Shown here: positions 26,765-35,754 of the stretch, piece by piece
Layout: each line of letters begins with the position of its first letter
Position numbering within the stretch: position 1 is the first letter of the stretch
Program-made: the position numbers and the translations under genes
Sequence record: DRR378314_201
Strand: one strand, 5' to 3'
DNA: 44,407 nucleotides
Notes under the pieces: generated by a model
The model's input: only the letters and a program-made list of their open reading frames with translations
Databases searched by the model: none
Told to the model about the DNA's origin: nothing

Positions 26765-28225
26765 ATGAGAAATAAGCTTTGGGTTTTATTTATTTTCTGC
26801 TTTATAGCATTTCCATCCCTAGCCCAAGAAATAAGCAACCCAAACTTACCGCAGAATTCTCCCGAAATCATCGCCAATCAAGGGGCATCATTTCAAAGTC
26901 TATGGAGAGGAATTCTTGGAATGATATCGTTGATTTTTATTGCCTACCTCTTTAGCAATAACAAGAAAGCCATTAATTGGAAAACGGCGGGAATTGGACT
27001 CTTTATCCAACTGCTTTTGGCCATTTGTATTTTAATTGGCGAAAAAATAGGTTTCAATGCTTTCGGATATAGATTCGACCTCAGCTTTGTTTCAAAAATC
27101 TTCGAAGTTGGAGGAAAAATTTTTGTCAGCATTCTGGATTTCACGAGGGCTGGAAGCAAATTCCTGTTTGAAGGTCTGGTAGTGGACATGGATACCTTCG
27201 GTTTTATTTTTGCATTTCAAGTCCTCCCTACGATTATCTTCTTTTCGGCCTTGACATCGGTCCTGTTCTATTTGGGCATTATCCAAAAGGTAGTGCAAGC
27301 ATTGGCTTGGTTACTGACCAAATCATTGGGGATTTCGGGTGCCGAAAGTTTAAGCGTAACCGGAAATATATTCTTAGGGCAAACAGAAGCTCCTTTATTA
27401 ATCAAGGCCTATTTGGAAAAAATGACCCGATCGGAAATGCTTTTGGTGATGATCGGAGGTATGGCAACCGTTGCCGGGGCCGTTTTAGCGGCCTATATTG
27501 GTTTTTTAGGTGGAGACGACCCAATCCTAAGATTGCAGTTTGCAAAACACCTCCTGGCCGCATCGGTCATGGCCGCTCCGGGAGCCATTGTTATCTCCAA
27601 AATTTTATACCCACAAACCGAAGCAATCAATACAGATGTACATGTTTCCAATGAAAAAATTGGTTCCAATATTCTGGATTCCATCTCCAACGGAACCACC
27701 GAAGGCTTAAAATTGGCCGTAAATGTCGGCGCTATGCTCCTGGTATTTGTAGCCTTTATTGCTATGATAAATGGTATTTTAAATTGGACTGGCAACATTA
27801 CAGATCTAAACTCATGGATTGCACTGAATTCTCCCTACGAGAATTTTTCCCTGGAAGCCATTCTCGGAACTATTTTTGCCCCCCTTATGTGGCTAATAGG
27901 AGTGGATTCGGTAGATATTATGCTAATGGGGCAGCTTTTGGGCATCAAATTGGCCGCAAGTGAATTTATTGGATACATACAATTGGCCGAACTAAAAAAT
28001 ATTGCCAGCAGCACCCATTTTACCTATAACAAGTCGGTGATAATGGCTACTTATATGTTATGTGGTTTTGCCAATTTTGCTTCTATAGGCATTCAGATCG
28101 GGGGCATAGGTTCCCTGGCACCAGGACAGAGAAAAACGTTGTCGGAATTTGGAATGAAAGCCGTTTTGGGCGGATCTATCGCCTCTTTGCTTTCGGCTAC
28201 TATTGCCGGTATGATTTTGGGGTAA
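26765..28225 (+). CDS. concentrative nucleoside transporter (CNT/NupC family)
   Basis: FAFQVLPTIIFFS, NIFLGQTEAPL, GMATVAG and LCGFANFASIGIQIGG. Confidence 0.93.
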   Translation: MRNKLWVLFIFCFIAFPSLAQEISNPNLPQNSPEIIANQGASFQSLWRGILGMISLIFIAYLFSNNKKAINWKTAGIGLFIQLLLAICILIGEKIGFNAFGYRFDLSFVSKIFEVGGKIFVSILDFTRAGSKFLFEGLVVDMDTFGFIFAFQVLPTIIFFSALTSVLFYLGIIQKVVQALAWLLTKSLGISGAESLSVTGNIFLGQTEAPLLIKAYLEKMTRSEMLLVMIGGMATVAGAVLAAYIGFLGGDDPILRLQFAKHLLAASVMAAPGAIVISKILYPQTEAINTDVHVSNEKIGSNILDSISNGTTEGLKLAVNVGAMLLVFVAFIAMINGILNWTGNITDLNSWIALNSPYENFSLEAILGTIFAPLMWLIGVDSVDIMLMGQLLGIKLAASEFIGYIQLAELKNIASSTHFTYNKSVIMATYMLCGFANFASIGIQIGGIGSLAPGQRKTLSEFGMKAVLGGSIASLLSATIAGMILG

Positions 28226-28420
28226 CCATCCCCAATTTTTTTCGACGAAATGGCTCGCTTAAGAAGTATTCTCCTATGAACCCCGTTAATAAAATTTAAT
28301 AACTTAAAACGTTTCCCAATCCTACGGACGCTAGTTTTGCCTAATTTCGTTATACATTATTTTTGGATATAATTCTAAAATAGGTTCTCCATATTTTGAA
28401 GAGCGTACAGGCTAAAGCTT

Positions 28421-29245
28421 ATGAAACAATACCACGATTTACTAAAACATGTATTGGAAAATGGAACCCAGAAGGGAGACAGGACCGGTACAGGTACCAA
28501 AAGTGTTTTTGGATATCAAATGCGTTTTGACCTAGCGGAGGGTTTCCCCATGGTCACAACGAAAAAACTCCACTTAAAATCCATTGTCCATGAATTGCTC
28601 TGGTTTTTAAAGGGCGATACCAATATTGGCTATTTGCAGGAAAACGGCGTACGCATTTGGAACGAATGGGCAGATGAAAATGGAGATTTGGGTCCTGTTT
28701 ATGGTTATCAGTGGCGTAATTGGAATGGTGATGAGATAGACCAAATAAAAGAAATTGTACACGCCCTCAAAACTAACCCCAACAGTCGCCGCATGCTGGT
28801 TTCCGCTTGGAACCCGAGTGTTCTTCCCGACACCTCATTGTCATTTTCGGAAAATGTAGCCAATGGAAAAGCCGCATTGCCTCCTTGCCATGCCTTTTTT
28901 CAGTTCTATGTTGCCGATGGTAAGTTGTCCTGTCAATTATATCAAAGAAGCGCCGATATATTTTTGGGCGTACCCTTCAATATAGCATCCTATGCCCTGT
29001 TCACACTTATGATGGCACAGGTTTGCGGATTACAACCAGGCGAATTCATTCACACCTTTGGAGACGCACATATTTACAACAACCATTTTGAACAAGTAGA
29101 ATTGCAATTAAGTAGAGAACCTAGACCCTTACCAAAAATGGTTTTAAATCCAGAGGTAAAGGATATATTCCACTTTAGTTTCGACGACTTTAGTTTGTTG
29201 GATTATGATCCACACCCACACATAAAGGGTATTGTGGCAGTCTAG
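28421..29245 (+). CDS. thyA: thymidylate synthase
   Basis: DRTGTGT, ELLWFL, GPVYG, LPPCH and [18 protein letters not shown]. Confidence 0.98.
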   Translation: MKQYHDLLKHVLENGTQKGDRTGTGTKSVFGYQMRFDLAEGFPMVTTKKLHLKSIVHELLWFLKGDTNIGYLQENGVRIWNEWADENGDLGPVYGYQWRNWNGDEIDQIKEIVHALKTNPNSRRMLVSAWNPSVLPDTSLSFSENVANGKAALPPCHAFFQFYVADGKLSCQLYQRSADIFLGVPFNIASYALFTLMMAQVCGLQPGEFIHTFGDAHIYNNHFEQVELQLSREPRPLPKMVLNPEVKDIFHFSFDDFSLLDYDPHPHIKGIVAV

Positions 29246-29342
29246 CAAAGTACACTAGGCCTGTACCGGGAAGCAAGATATTTAGAATATAATTGCCCCG
29301 TAAAACGGCAGCAATAAAATAGCCCTTAAACATGGCTGTACA

Positions 29343-29435
29343 TCCACCTTTACTTTTGGTATTCTGTCTAAAAGGTGGAGAAAATACCTTTATAAATCCG
29401 ACACCATTGAAAGTTGGATTCCAATGGTATCGGAT
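29343..29435. terminator. two hairpins between convergent genes
   Basis: TCCACCTTT/AAAGGTGGA (29343-29379) and ATCCGACACCATTG/CAATGGTATCGGAT (29396-29435). Confidence 0.55.
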
Positions 29436-29444
29436 GTAATTTCG

Positions 29445-29741
29445 TTAAAGTTCCAATACTGAATTCTCAGTTCCGGCAAATTCGTTCCACTGGTAGCGAT
29501 CGGCCTCAGCTTCGTTTACATAATTGCCATCCACTATATATTTAAACTCGTATGTACCTTCCTTTGGCAAATCGAAAGTTCCCTTGAAGGTTCCGTTTTT
29601 TAATTTCTTCAATGCGCTTCCTTTTGGGCTCCAATTATTAAAATCTCCAACTACAGCCACCTTCTTTGCATCCTCAGCAGGAACAGAAAAAGTTACCTTG
29701 CATATTGGCTTACTCTTTAAGTATTGTTTTGTAATTCCCAT
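29445..29741 (-). CDS. isoamylase early-set / CBM48-like glycogen-binding domain protein
   Basis: VAVVGDFNNW, YEFKYIVDG and the NSVL terminus. Confidence 0.87.
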   Translation of the reverse strand: MGITKQYLKSKPICKVTFSVPAEDAKKVAVVGDFNNWSPKGSALKKLKNGTFKGTFDLPKEGTYEFKYIVDGNYVNEAEADRYQWNEFAGTENSVLEL

Positions 29742-29895
29742 AACCTCTATATTTTAGATTAAAGCGCAAAATTACACCATTAAATGCCTCATTCCCAATG
29801 ACCAATATCATTTTTATCATTTTCTTAAAATAAGTTTAACAATTGACCTTCTTTGATAATTTTACTAGGTAAAATTCCTAAGTAATTAACATTGT

Positions 29896-30978
29896 CTAAC
29901 TACTTTTTAAGATTCCAATAATCTTATCTATCTCATTTTCTGTATTGTAGAAATGAAAACTTAAACGAATGCCATTTCCACGTTGTGCACAAACCACATC
30001 GTGCTCCATAAACTTGGCGAACAAATCCTTATTCCCCTGGATATTGAATATAGAACTATGTACTTTTCTTTTGACAACGGACTCTTCCAACAAACCTAAA
30101 TTTTCCAGTTCACCCTTTGCCTTTAAAGCAAGTTTTTTGATCTGCTCGGAAATAATATCCATTCCAACTTCATTCAAAAACCCCAAGGAATAGTTTAAAC
30201 TCCCGAAATTGAAGGTATCCAAATGTCCCGGTTCAAATTGTTTGGCAAAGGAAACTTTCTCCCTACCTTCTATATCCCCACCGGCGGCATTAAAACCTGT
30301 AGCTCTAACCTTGAATTTGACCGGAACGTCATCCGCAAACATCATAAAACCGTTGCCATAGCCACCTAGCAACCATTTATAGGAACTGGCGCCCAGTACA
30401 TCTATACCAGAGTCTTCAAAATTAAAGCTCTCGGTGCCCAAAAATTGCGTGCCGTCCGCAATGATCAATAGATCGGGGAAATCTTTTTTCAAATTCCTAA
30501 GGAACCCCAGATCTACCTTGATCCCATTTAGCCACTGCACCAAACTAAGGGCCAAAACATTTATGTTGTCCAATTTTATCCTATCATAAATATTTTCCTC
30601 CAAAGCATCCGTTACTTTTAGAAAATAAGTGGCATGCCCCCTACTTTCAAATGGCCAGTTCAGGGAAGGATAATCGCCTTCCAACAGTAAAACCTTCCCT
30701 TTAGGTTCCAAGCCTTCCAACAATAAATTGAGTCCAATGGAAAAATTTGGTACCAAGGCCACATTATCGGTTTTGCAGCCAAAGAATTTTCCAACAGAAT
30801 TTCTAGTTTCCGAGATAAGCCGGTGACCTTCCATCTTCATTGTGCTCCCGCCAATCAGAAAATCAAGGTCATGTTCTTGCCGCCAATCCAGAAGACCGTC
30901 ATAAAGAAGGCCCGATGTAGCAGTGTTGACATAGGTATACTGACTTAAAACTGGGAATTGCTTGATAAACTTTTGCAT
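29896..30978 (-). CDS. aminotransferase class V-fold PLP-dependent enzyme
   Basis: YVNTATSG, ADGTQ, SSYKWLLG (PLP lysine), FEPG and IRLSFHFYN. Confidence 0.87.
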   Translation of the reverse strand: MQKFIKQFPVLSQYTYVNTATSGLLYDGLLDWRQEHDLDFLIGGSTMKMEGHRLISETRNSVGKFFGCKTDNVALVPNFSIGLNLLLEGLEPKGKVLLLEGDYPSLNWPFESRGHATYFLKVTDALEENIYDRIKLDNINVLALSLVQWLNGIKVDLGFLRNLKKDFPDLLIIADGTQFLGTESFNFEDSGIDVLGASSYKWLLGGYGNGFMMFADDVPVKFKVRATGFNAAGGDIEGREKVSFAKQFEPGHLDTFNFGSLNYSLGFLNEVGMDIISEQIKKLALKAKGELENLGLLEESVVKRKVHSSIFNIQGNKDLFAKFMEHDVVCAQRGNGIRLSFHFYNTENEIDKIIGILKSS

Positions 30979-31034
30979 ATCCAAAGAGGTAAAATTTGTA
31001 TTTATGGTATCTTTGTCTAAAGATAGGAATTAGG

Positions 31035-31424
31035 ATGTTCTCCAAGAATAAAAAAAAATCACTTATAGAAATAGAACAGCATGAACTACTGGAACATGCC
31101 CAAACCAGAATAAAGCAAAAGAAGCGACTTTATAATCATTTTGTTGTGTTTTTGATCGGCAGTGTATTTATGATCATCATCAATAAAATATTAAAGTATG
31201 GTGTGGAGTACAACTGGTTTGTCTGGGCCATTACCTTTTGGGCCTTTTTGTTCGCAATCCACATATTTAACGTATTTGTCACCTCCAAATTTATGGGACT
31301 GGAGTGGGAAAGGGCACAGAGGGAAAAATTGGTCCTGAAACAGAAACAGAAAATATCAGAATTGCAGAAGGAAATAGAAACGGAATTTCCATTGTCCAAC
31401 ATCAATAAAAAAAAAGAAGAGTGA
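31035..31424 (+). CDS. 2TM domain membrane protein
   Basis: RIKQKKRLYNHF, two hydrophobic helices and WER motif; TATCTTTG -7 box at 31008-31015; stop codon overlaps the folA GTG. Confidence 0.8.
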   Translation: MFSKNKKKSLIEIEQHELLEHAQTRIKQKKRLYNHFVVFLIGSVFMIIINKILKYGVEYNWFVWAITFWAFLFAIHIFNVFVTSKFMGLEWERAQREKLVLKQKQKISELQKEIETEFPLSNINKKKEE

Positions 31425-31918
31425 ACATTCTATCCATAATAGCCGCCGCTGCAGAGAACAACGCTTTGGGAAAAGACAACGACCTGTTGTGGCATCTACC
31501 CGACGATTTTAAACGCTTCAAAAGCCTTACTTCAGGGCATAAAATAATCATGGGGCGCAAAACCTTCGAGAGCTTTCCCAAACCTCTACCCAACAGAACC
31601 CATATCATCATAACCAGAGATAAGAACTATACTGTAAAACATGAAGATTGCCTGATTGTACATTCCTTGCAAGATGCCTTGAATCTTGTAAAAGAGGATC
31701 CCTTATCCTTTATTATAGGTGGGGGTGAAATATACAAACTGGGATTGGAATACGCCAACCAAATTGAACTGACCAGAGTACATGGAACCTTTGAAGCGGA
31801 TACCTTTTTTCCAGAATTTGACAAATCCCAATGGCAATTGATAAAAGAGGAATACCACCCCAAGGATGAGCGGCATAAATATGATTTTACGTATTTGACC
31901 TACACAAAAAAACAATAA
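31421..31918 (+). CDS. folA: dihydrofolate reductase
   Basis: LLWHLPDDFKRFK, IMGRKTFES, LPNR, IIGGGEIY and ADTFFP. Confidence 0.96.
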   Translation: MNILSIIAAAAENNALGKDNDLLWHLPDDFKRFKSLTSGHKIIMGRKTFESFPKPLPNRTHIIITRDKNYTVKHEDCLIVHSLQDALNLVKEDPLSFIIGGGEIYKLGLEYANQIELTRVHGTFEADTFFPEFDKSQWQLIKEEYHPKDERHKYDFTYLTYTKKQ

Positions 31919-31946
31919 GGAATAAATGACCGCAAAAGGTTAGAAG

Positions 31947-32738
31947 CTAAAAATTCAGAAACTGTGCCTCATAAGGTACACTTACATCCTTTAAAAAGAA
32001 TCTTAATACATTAACATCCCCATTGGTAAAAAACTGGTGCGAATTACTTTCACCATCCGGTCCTGCCAATAAATTATTTAGTTGCAATACATTTTTGGTA
32101 TGTCTGGCCACTCCCTCGCCAGAATCGATAATACTAATATTTTCAGGTAAAATTTCCTTTATCAAGGGAATCAAATAGGGATAATGTGTGCAGCCCAAAA
32201 CCAATTGATCCATCCCCTGACTCAACATGGGTTTCAGGTAGTTTTGCAACAACTCCCTTGTTTTGGCAGTATTGACCTCCCCTTTCTCGATCTGCTCAAC
32301 CAGGCCAGTACCAACTTGATCAAGGACCTTTATGCCATTGGCATGTATTTCCGATGTATTATTAAATAGTGCGCTGGATAAAGTTCCCTTGGTAGCCAAA
32401 ACGCCTACTGTTTTGGTTTTAGAGTTTAGGGCGGCAGGCTTAATGGCCGGCTCAATTCCTATCATCGGCACATGGTATCTTTCCCTAAGCTCCTTAATAG
32501 CGTTGGTGGTAGCCGTGTTACAGGCAACCACTATAAGCTTACAACCCTTTTGCAGAAGTAGCTCAACGTTTTTTATACTAAGCTGAAGTATCTGTTCCTT
32601 TGATTTTTCCCCATATGGGGCATTCTTACTATCCGCGAGATAAATAGTAGATTCATAGGGAAGCACCCTGTTGATTTCCCTCCATATGGAGGTACCTCCA
32701 ATGCCGGAATCAAAAATGCCTATGGGACCTTTATTCAT
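31947..32738 (-). CDS. murI: glutamate racemase
   Basis: FDSGIGG, PYG, VACNTAT and LGCTHYP. Confidence 0.97.
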   Translation of the reverse strand: MNKGPIGIFDSGIGGTSIWREINRVLPYESTIYLADSKNAPYGEKSKEQILQLSIKNVELLLQKGCKLIVVACNTATTNAIKELRERYHVPMIGIEPAIKPAALNSKTKTVGVLATKGTLSSALFNNTSEIHANGIKVLDQVGTGLVEQIEKGEVNTAKTRELLQNYLKPMLSQGMDQLVLGCTHYPYLIPLIKEILPENISIIDSGEGVARHTKNVLQLNNLLAGPDGESNSHQFFTNGDVNVLRFFLKDVSVPYEAQFLNF

Positions 32739-32876
32739 TTAAAATAAAAAGATTAAACAGCCATAAAGTTACATTAATATTGTTTTTTGAAGCAGTTCTT
32801 TTCAGGAAATAAAACTGCTCCTTCCCTACAGTGTATTTTATTTTCTATGGTTCAATACAACCGAAAGATCAGCTGC

Positions 32877-34238
32877 CTAAAACTTTTTAACCAGCGCTTT
32901 TACCTCCTCGAGATCCAACCCGCCATAATTCCCAGAGCTCATTAAAAGAAGTACGGAATTATCATATTTCTGACCAAACACAAAATTTTTGAAATCCTCG
33001 GACTCGGTAAAAATCTTTAAATCGTCACGAACAAAGGCTTCAGATATTTGTTCAGGGGTAACCTCCTTAAGCTTCTTTATCCTGACCGATTCAGGCAAAT
33101 AGAAAACCGCCGCTACATCTGCAGCCTCCAAGGCACCTTTATACTCCTTTAAAAATTCCGGGTTAAAACTGCTATAAGTGTGCAGCTCCAGACACGCAAT
33201 TAATTTTCTGTCCGGATACTGCTCTTTAACGGCATTGGTCGTGGCCATTACTTTACTGGGTGAATGGGCAAAATCCTTATAGGCGACACAGGTCCTACCT
33301 TCAGCAATTTTTTCCAATCTTTTGGAAGCGCCTTTAAAGGAGGCAATAGCCTCATAGAAGTCGTCTTCATCCACGCCCATATTTTGACATATCCATTTTG
33401 CCCCCGCCAGATTACTAAGGTTATGCCTTCCAAAAACTTCTATAGGCATAGGGCCCTCCGGGGTTTCCAAAATAGTCTGCCCATTTTCAACCGTATATTC
33501 AGGAGTGTTATAGGGGAGCTTGCGTATGGCATTTTCAGAGGCTTTTACCACCCTATCTACCTCTGGGTCTTCCTCATTGTAGGTAATACTTCCTCCTTTT
33601 ACAATACTATCCACAAAAATCCGGAATTGCTCCACATAATTGTCATAAGTAGGAAATACATTGATATGATCCCAAGCTATTCCGCTCAACAATGCAATAT
33701 TGGGTTGGTAAAGGTGAAATTTCGGCCGCCTATCTATAGGAGAGGACAAATATTCATCACCTTCCAGCACTATAAAATCGTTCTCCTCGGTAAGATGAAC
33801 CATACGGTCAAACCCTTCCAATTGGGCACCTACCATAAAATCTACAGCTTTGTCATGATAATTTAGAACATGCAATATCATGGAAGTAATGGTAGTCTTG
33901 CCGTGACTCCCCCCTATGACCACTCTGGTCTTATTCTTGGATTGCTCGTACAGGAACTCGGGATAGGAAAATATTTTCAATCCCAATTCCTGGGCCTTTA
34001 AAAGCTCAGGATTGTCGGCCTTGGCGTGCATACCCAAAATTACCGCATCCAAATTGGAATTCAATTTCTCTGGAAACCAACCAAATTGTTCCGGCAATAG
34101 CCCTTTGGCTGCCAACCTGGTTTTGGAAGGTTCAAAAATTACGTCATCACTACCTGAAACAGTATATCCTTTATGATGTAATGCCAAAGCCAAATTGTGC
34201 ATAGCACTGCCCCCTATGGCAATAAAATGAATGTGCAT
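32877..34238 (-). CDS. mpl: Mur ligase, murein peptide ligase (Mpl)-like
   Basis: HIHFIAIGGSAM, GSHGKTT, EGDEY, DFAHSP and MSSGNYGG; closer to Mpl than MurC in my reading and outside a dcw cluster. Confidence 0.78.
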   Translation of the reverse strand: MHIHFIAIGGSAMHNLALALHHKGYTVSGSDDVIFEPSKTRLAAKGLLPEQFGWFPEKLNSNLDAVILGMHAKADNPELLKAQELGLKIFSYPEFLYEQSKNKTRVVIGGSHGKTTITSMILHVLNYHDKAVDFMVGAQLEGFDRMVHLTEENDFIVLEGDEYLSSPIDRRPKFHLYQPNIALLSGIAWDHINVFPTYDNYVEQFRIFVDSIVKGGSITYNEEDPEVDRVVKASENAIRKLPYNTPEYTVENGQTILETPEGPMPIEVFGRHNLSNLAGAKWICQNMGVDEDDFYEAIASFKGASKRLEKIAEGRTCVAYKDFAHSPSKVMATTNAVKEQYPDRKLIACLELHTYSSFNPEFLKEYKGALEAADVAAVFYLPESVRIKKLKEVTPEQISEAFVRDDLKIFTESEDFKNFVFGQKYDNSVLLLMSSGNYGGLDLEEVKALVKKF

Positions 34239-34397
34239 GAAAAGATCGGTTTAAGGGGTAAAGATAATCATTGTTCAAGGCTATCAAAAAAGTTATTGAA
34301 TGGTTTCAGTTATTCCAAGAACAAATACCGGAAATAGTATTAAAACAATAACTTAAACCTCAATATTTTTTTAATTTAGTGCCAAACAACACTATCC

Positions 34398-34716
34398 ATG
34401 AAAATAAAACTTGCCGAAATTGTCCCCAAGGAAATTATGCCAGGCTACCACGGCAAACTCATTCATACCCAAAACATGAGTTTAGCTTTTTGGGAGGTGG
34501 AAGCCGGAGCCAAAGTTCCCGAACATGCACACATGAATGAACAGCTAATGCAGGTTTTGGAGGGAAAATTTGAATTTACCCTAGACGGCATTACCAAAAC
34601 CTATGAACCGGGCGACCTGGTAATAATTCCACCCCACGTTCCACATAGCGGTTTAGCACTTACCCCCCTGTAAATTAATGGATGTTTTTAGTCCCACAAG
34701 GGAAGAATATAGATAA
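34398..34716 (+). pseudogene. cupin (KdgF-like) with a frameshift in a C6 run
   Basis: PEHAHMNEQ and IPPHVPH cupin motifs; the frame stops at 34673, but deleting one C in 34663-34668 continues it as CKLMDVFSPTREEYR* (105 aa). Confidence 0.8.
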
Positions 34717-34761
34717 ACAAACCATTGTCCCAATGGGATAGTGTTAAAACCTATTAGCAAG

Positions 34762-35547
34762 ATGAAGATATCACTCAAAAACAAAAAAGCATTGATCGGC
34801 GGCAGTAGTCGTGGAATTGGCAGGGCCATTGCCCAACAATTGGCTGCCAGTGGTGCAAGCGTTACCGTCATGGCCCGTAGCGAGGAACAGTTAAAATCCC
34901 TGGTTTCCAATTTACCTACGGACAGCGGACAGCAACACCAGTATTTGGCAGTAGATTATTCCAATTTTGAGGCCTATAAGAAAAGTATATCCACCTTCTT
35001 TAAAACCAACACGGTAGATATTTTAGTGAACAATACCCAAGGACCGTCCGCAGGGGGTGCCTTGGAGAAAAAGATCGATGATTACCAGGAAGCTTTTGAC
35101 CTTCTTTTTAAGACTGTGGTATTTACCACAGAACAGGCGCTTAAGGGAATGATATCCCAGAAATACGGTCGTATTATCAATGTTGCCTCAGTTTCAGTAA
35201 AGGAACCCCTACCCTATTTGGCTCTTTCCAATAGCATACGTGCTGCTGTAGTTACCTGGTCCAAAACCTTGGCTTCCGATGTAGGCAAATACAACATTAC
35301 TGCAAACTGTACCCTAACCGGATATTTCAACACGGAAAGACTAAAAAATCTTAACGGTGCAAAGGCCAAATCCTTGGGCATTCCTCTTTCTGAAGTCGAG
35401 AATCAAATGCTCTCCCATGTACCTGTGGGACGATTTGGAGACCCCACGGAATATGGCCACTTAGTTACTTTTTTGGCTTCTGATTACGCCTCTTTTATAA
35501 CAGGGACCAATATTCCCATTGATGGCGGTTTGCTAAAGTCGCTTTAA
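34762..35547 (+). CDS. SDR family oxidoreductase
   Basis: GSSRGIG, DILVNN, GRIINVAS, atypical LSNSIR active-site segment and ITGTNIPIDGG; start set at ATG 34762. Confidence 0.9.
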   Translation: MKISLKNKKALIGGSSRGIGRAIAQQLAASGASVTVMARSEEQLKSLVSNLPTDSGQQHQYLAVDYSNFEAYKKSISTFFKTNTVDILVNNTQGPSAGGALEKKIDDYQEAFDLLFKTVVFTTEQALKGMISQKYGRIINVASVSVKEPLPYLALSNSIRAAVVTWSKTLASDVGKYNITANCTLTGYFNTERLKNLNGAKAKSLGIPLSEVENQMLSHVPVGRFGDPTEYGHLVTFLASDYASFITGTNIPIDGGLLKSL

Positions 35548-35754
35548 ATGGCCGGTAAATAAACAAAGAATAGTATACAGGAGCCAAGGCTTCAAAGGAT
35601 ACTAAAAAAATCCCCGTGCTAATAAAGCAACGTTGGTATTCTTTTTGCATCTAATCACTTCATGGCGTGTTTACTCACTTAAAAGTGTGTTTCACTCATT
35701 ATGGATTGTAACGCCATGAAATAAACGCCAATTTTGTTATATATACTTATTCAG

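Noticed and set aside
31407-31415. A9 run at the 2TM/folA junction as a programmed frameshift site
   Set aside because: It encodes a Lys run and serves as the A-rich initiation region usual in Bacteroidota; both genes are intact.
33264-33866. 200-aa antisense ORF in mpl, and the many other antisense or nested ORFs in the track
   Set aside because: They overlap well-supported genes and show no protein motifs, so they are treated as shadow ORFs.
35215-35245. SDR lacking the YxxxK motif as a sign of pseudogenisation
   Set aside because: An LSNxxR segment occurs in a known atypical SDR subgroup and the ORF is full length.
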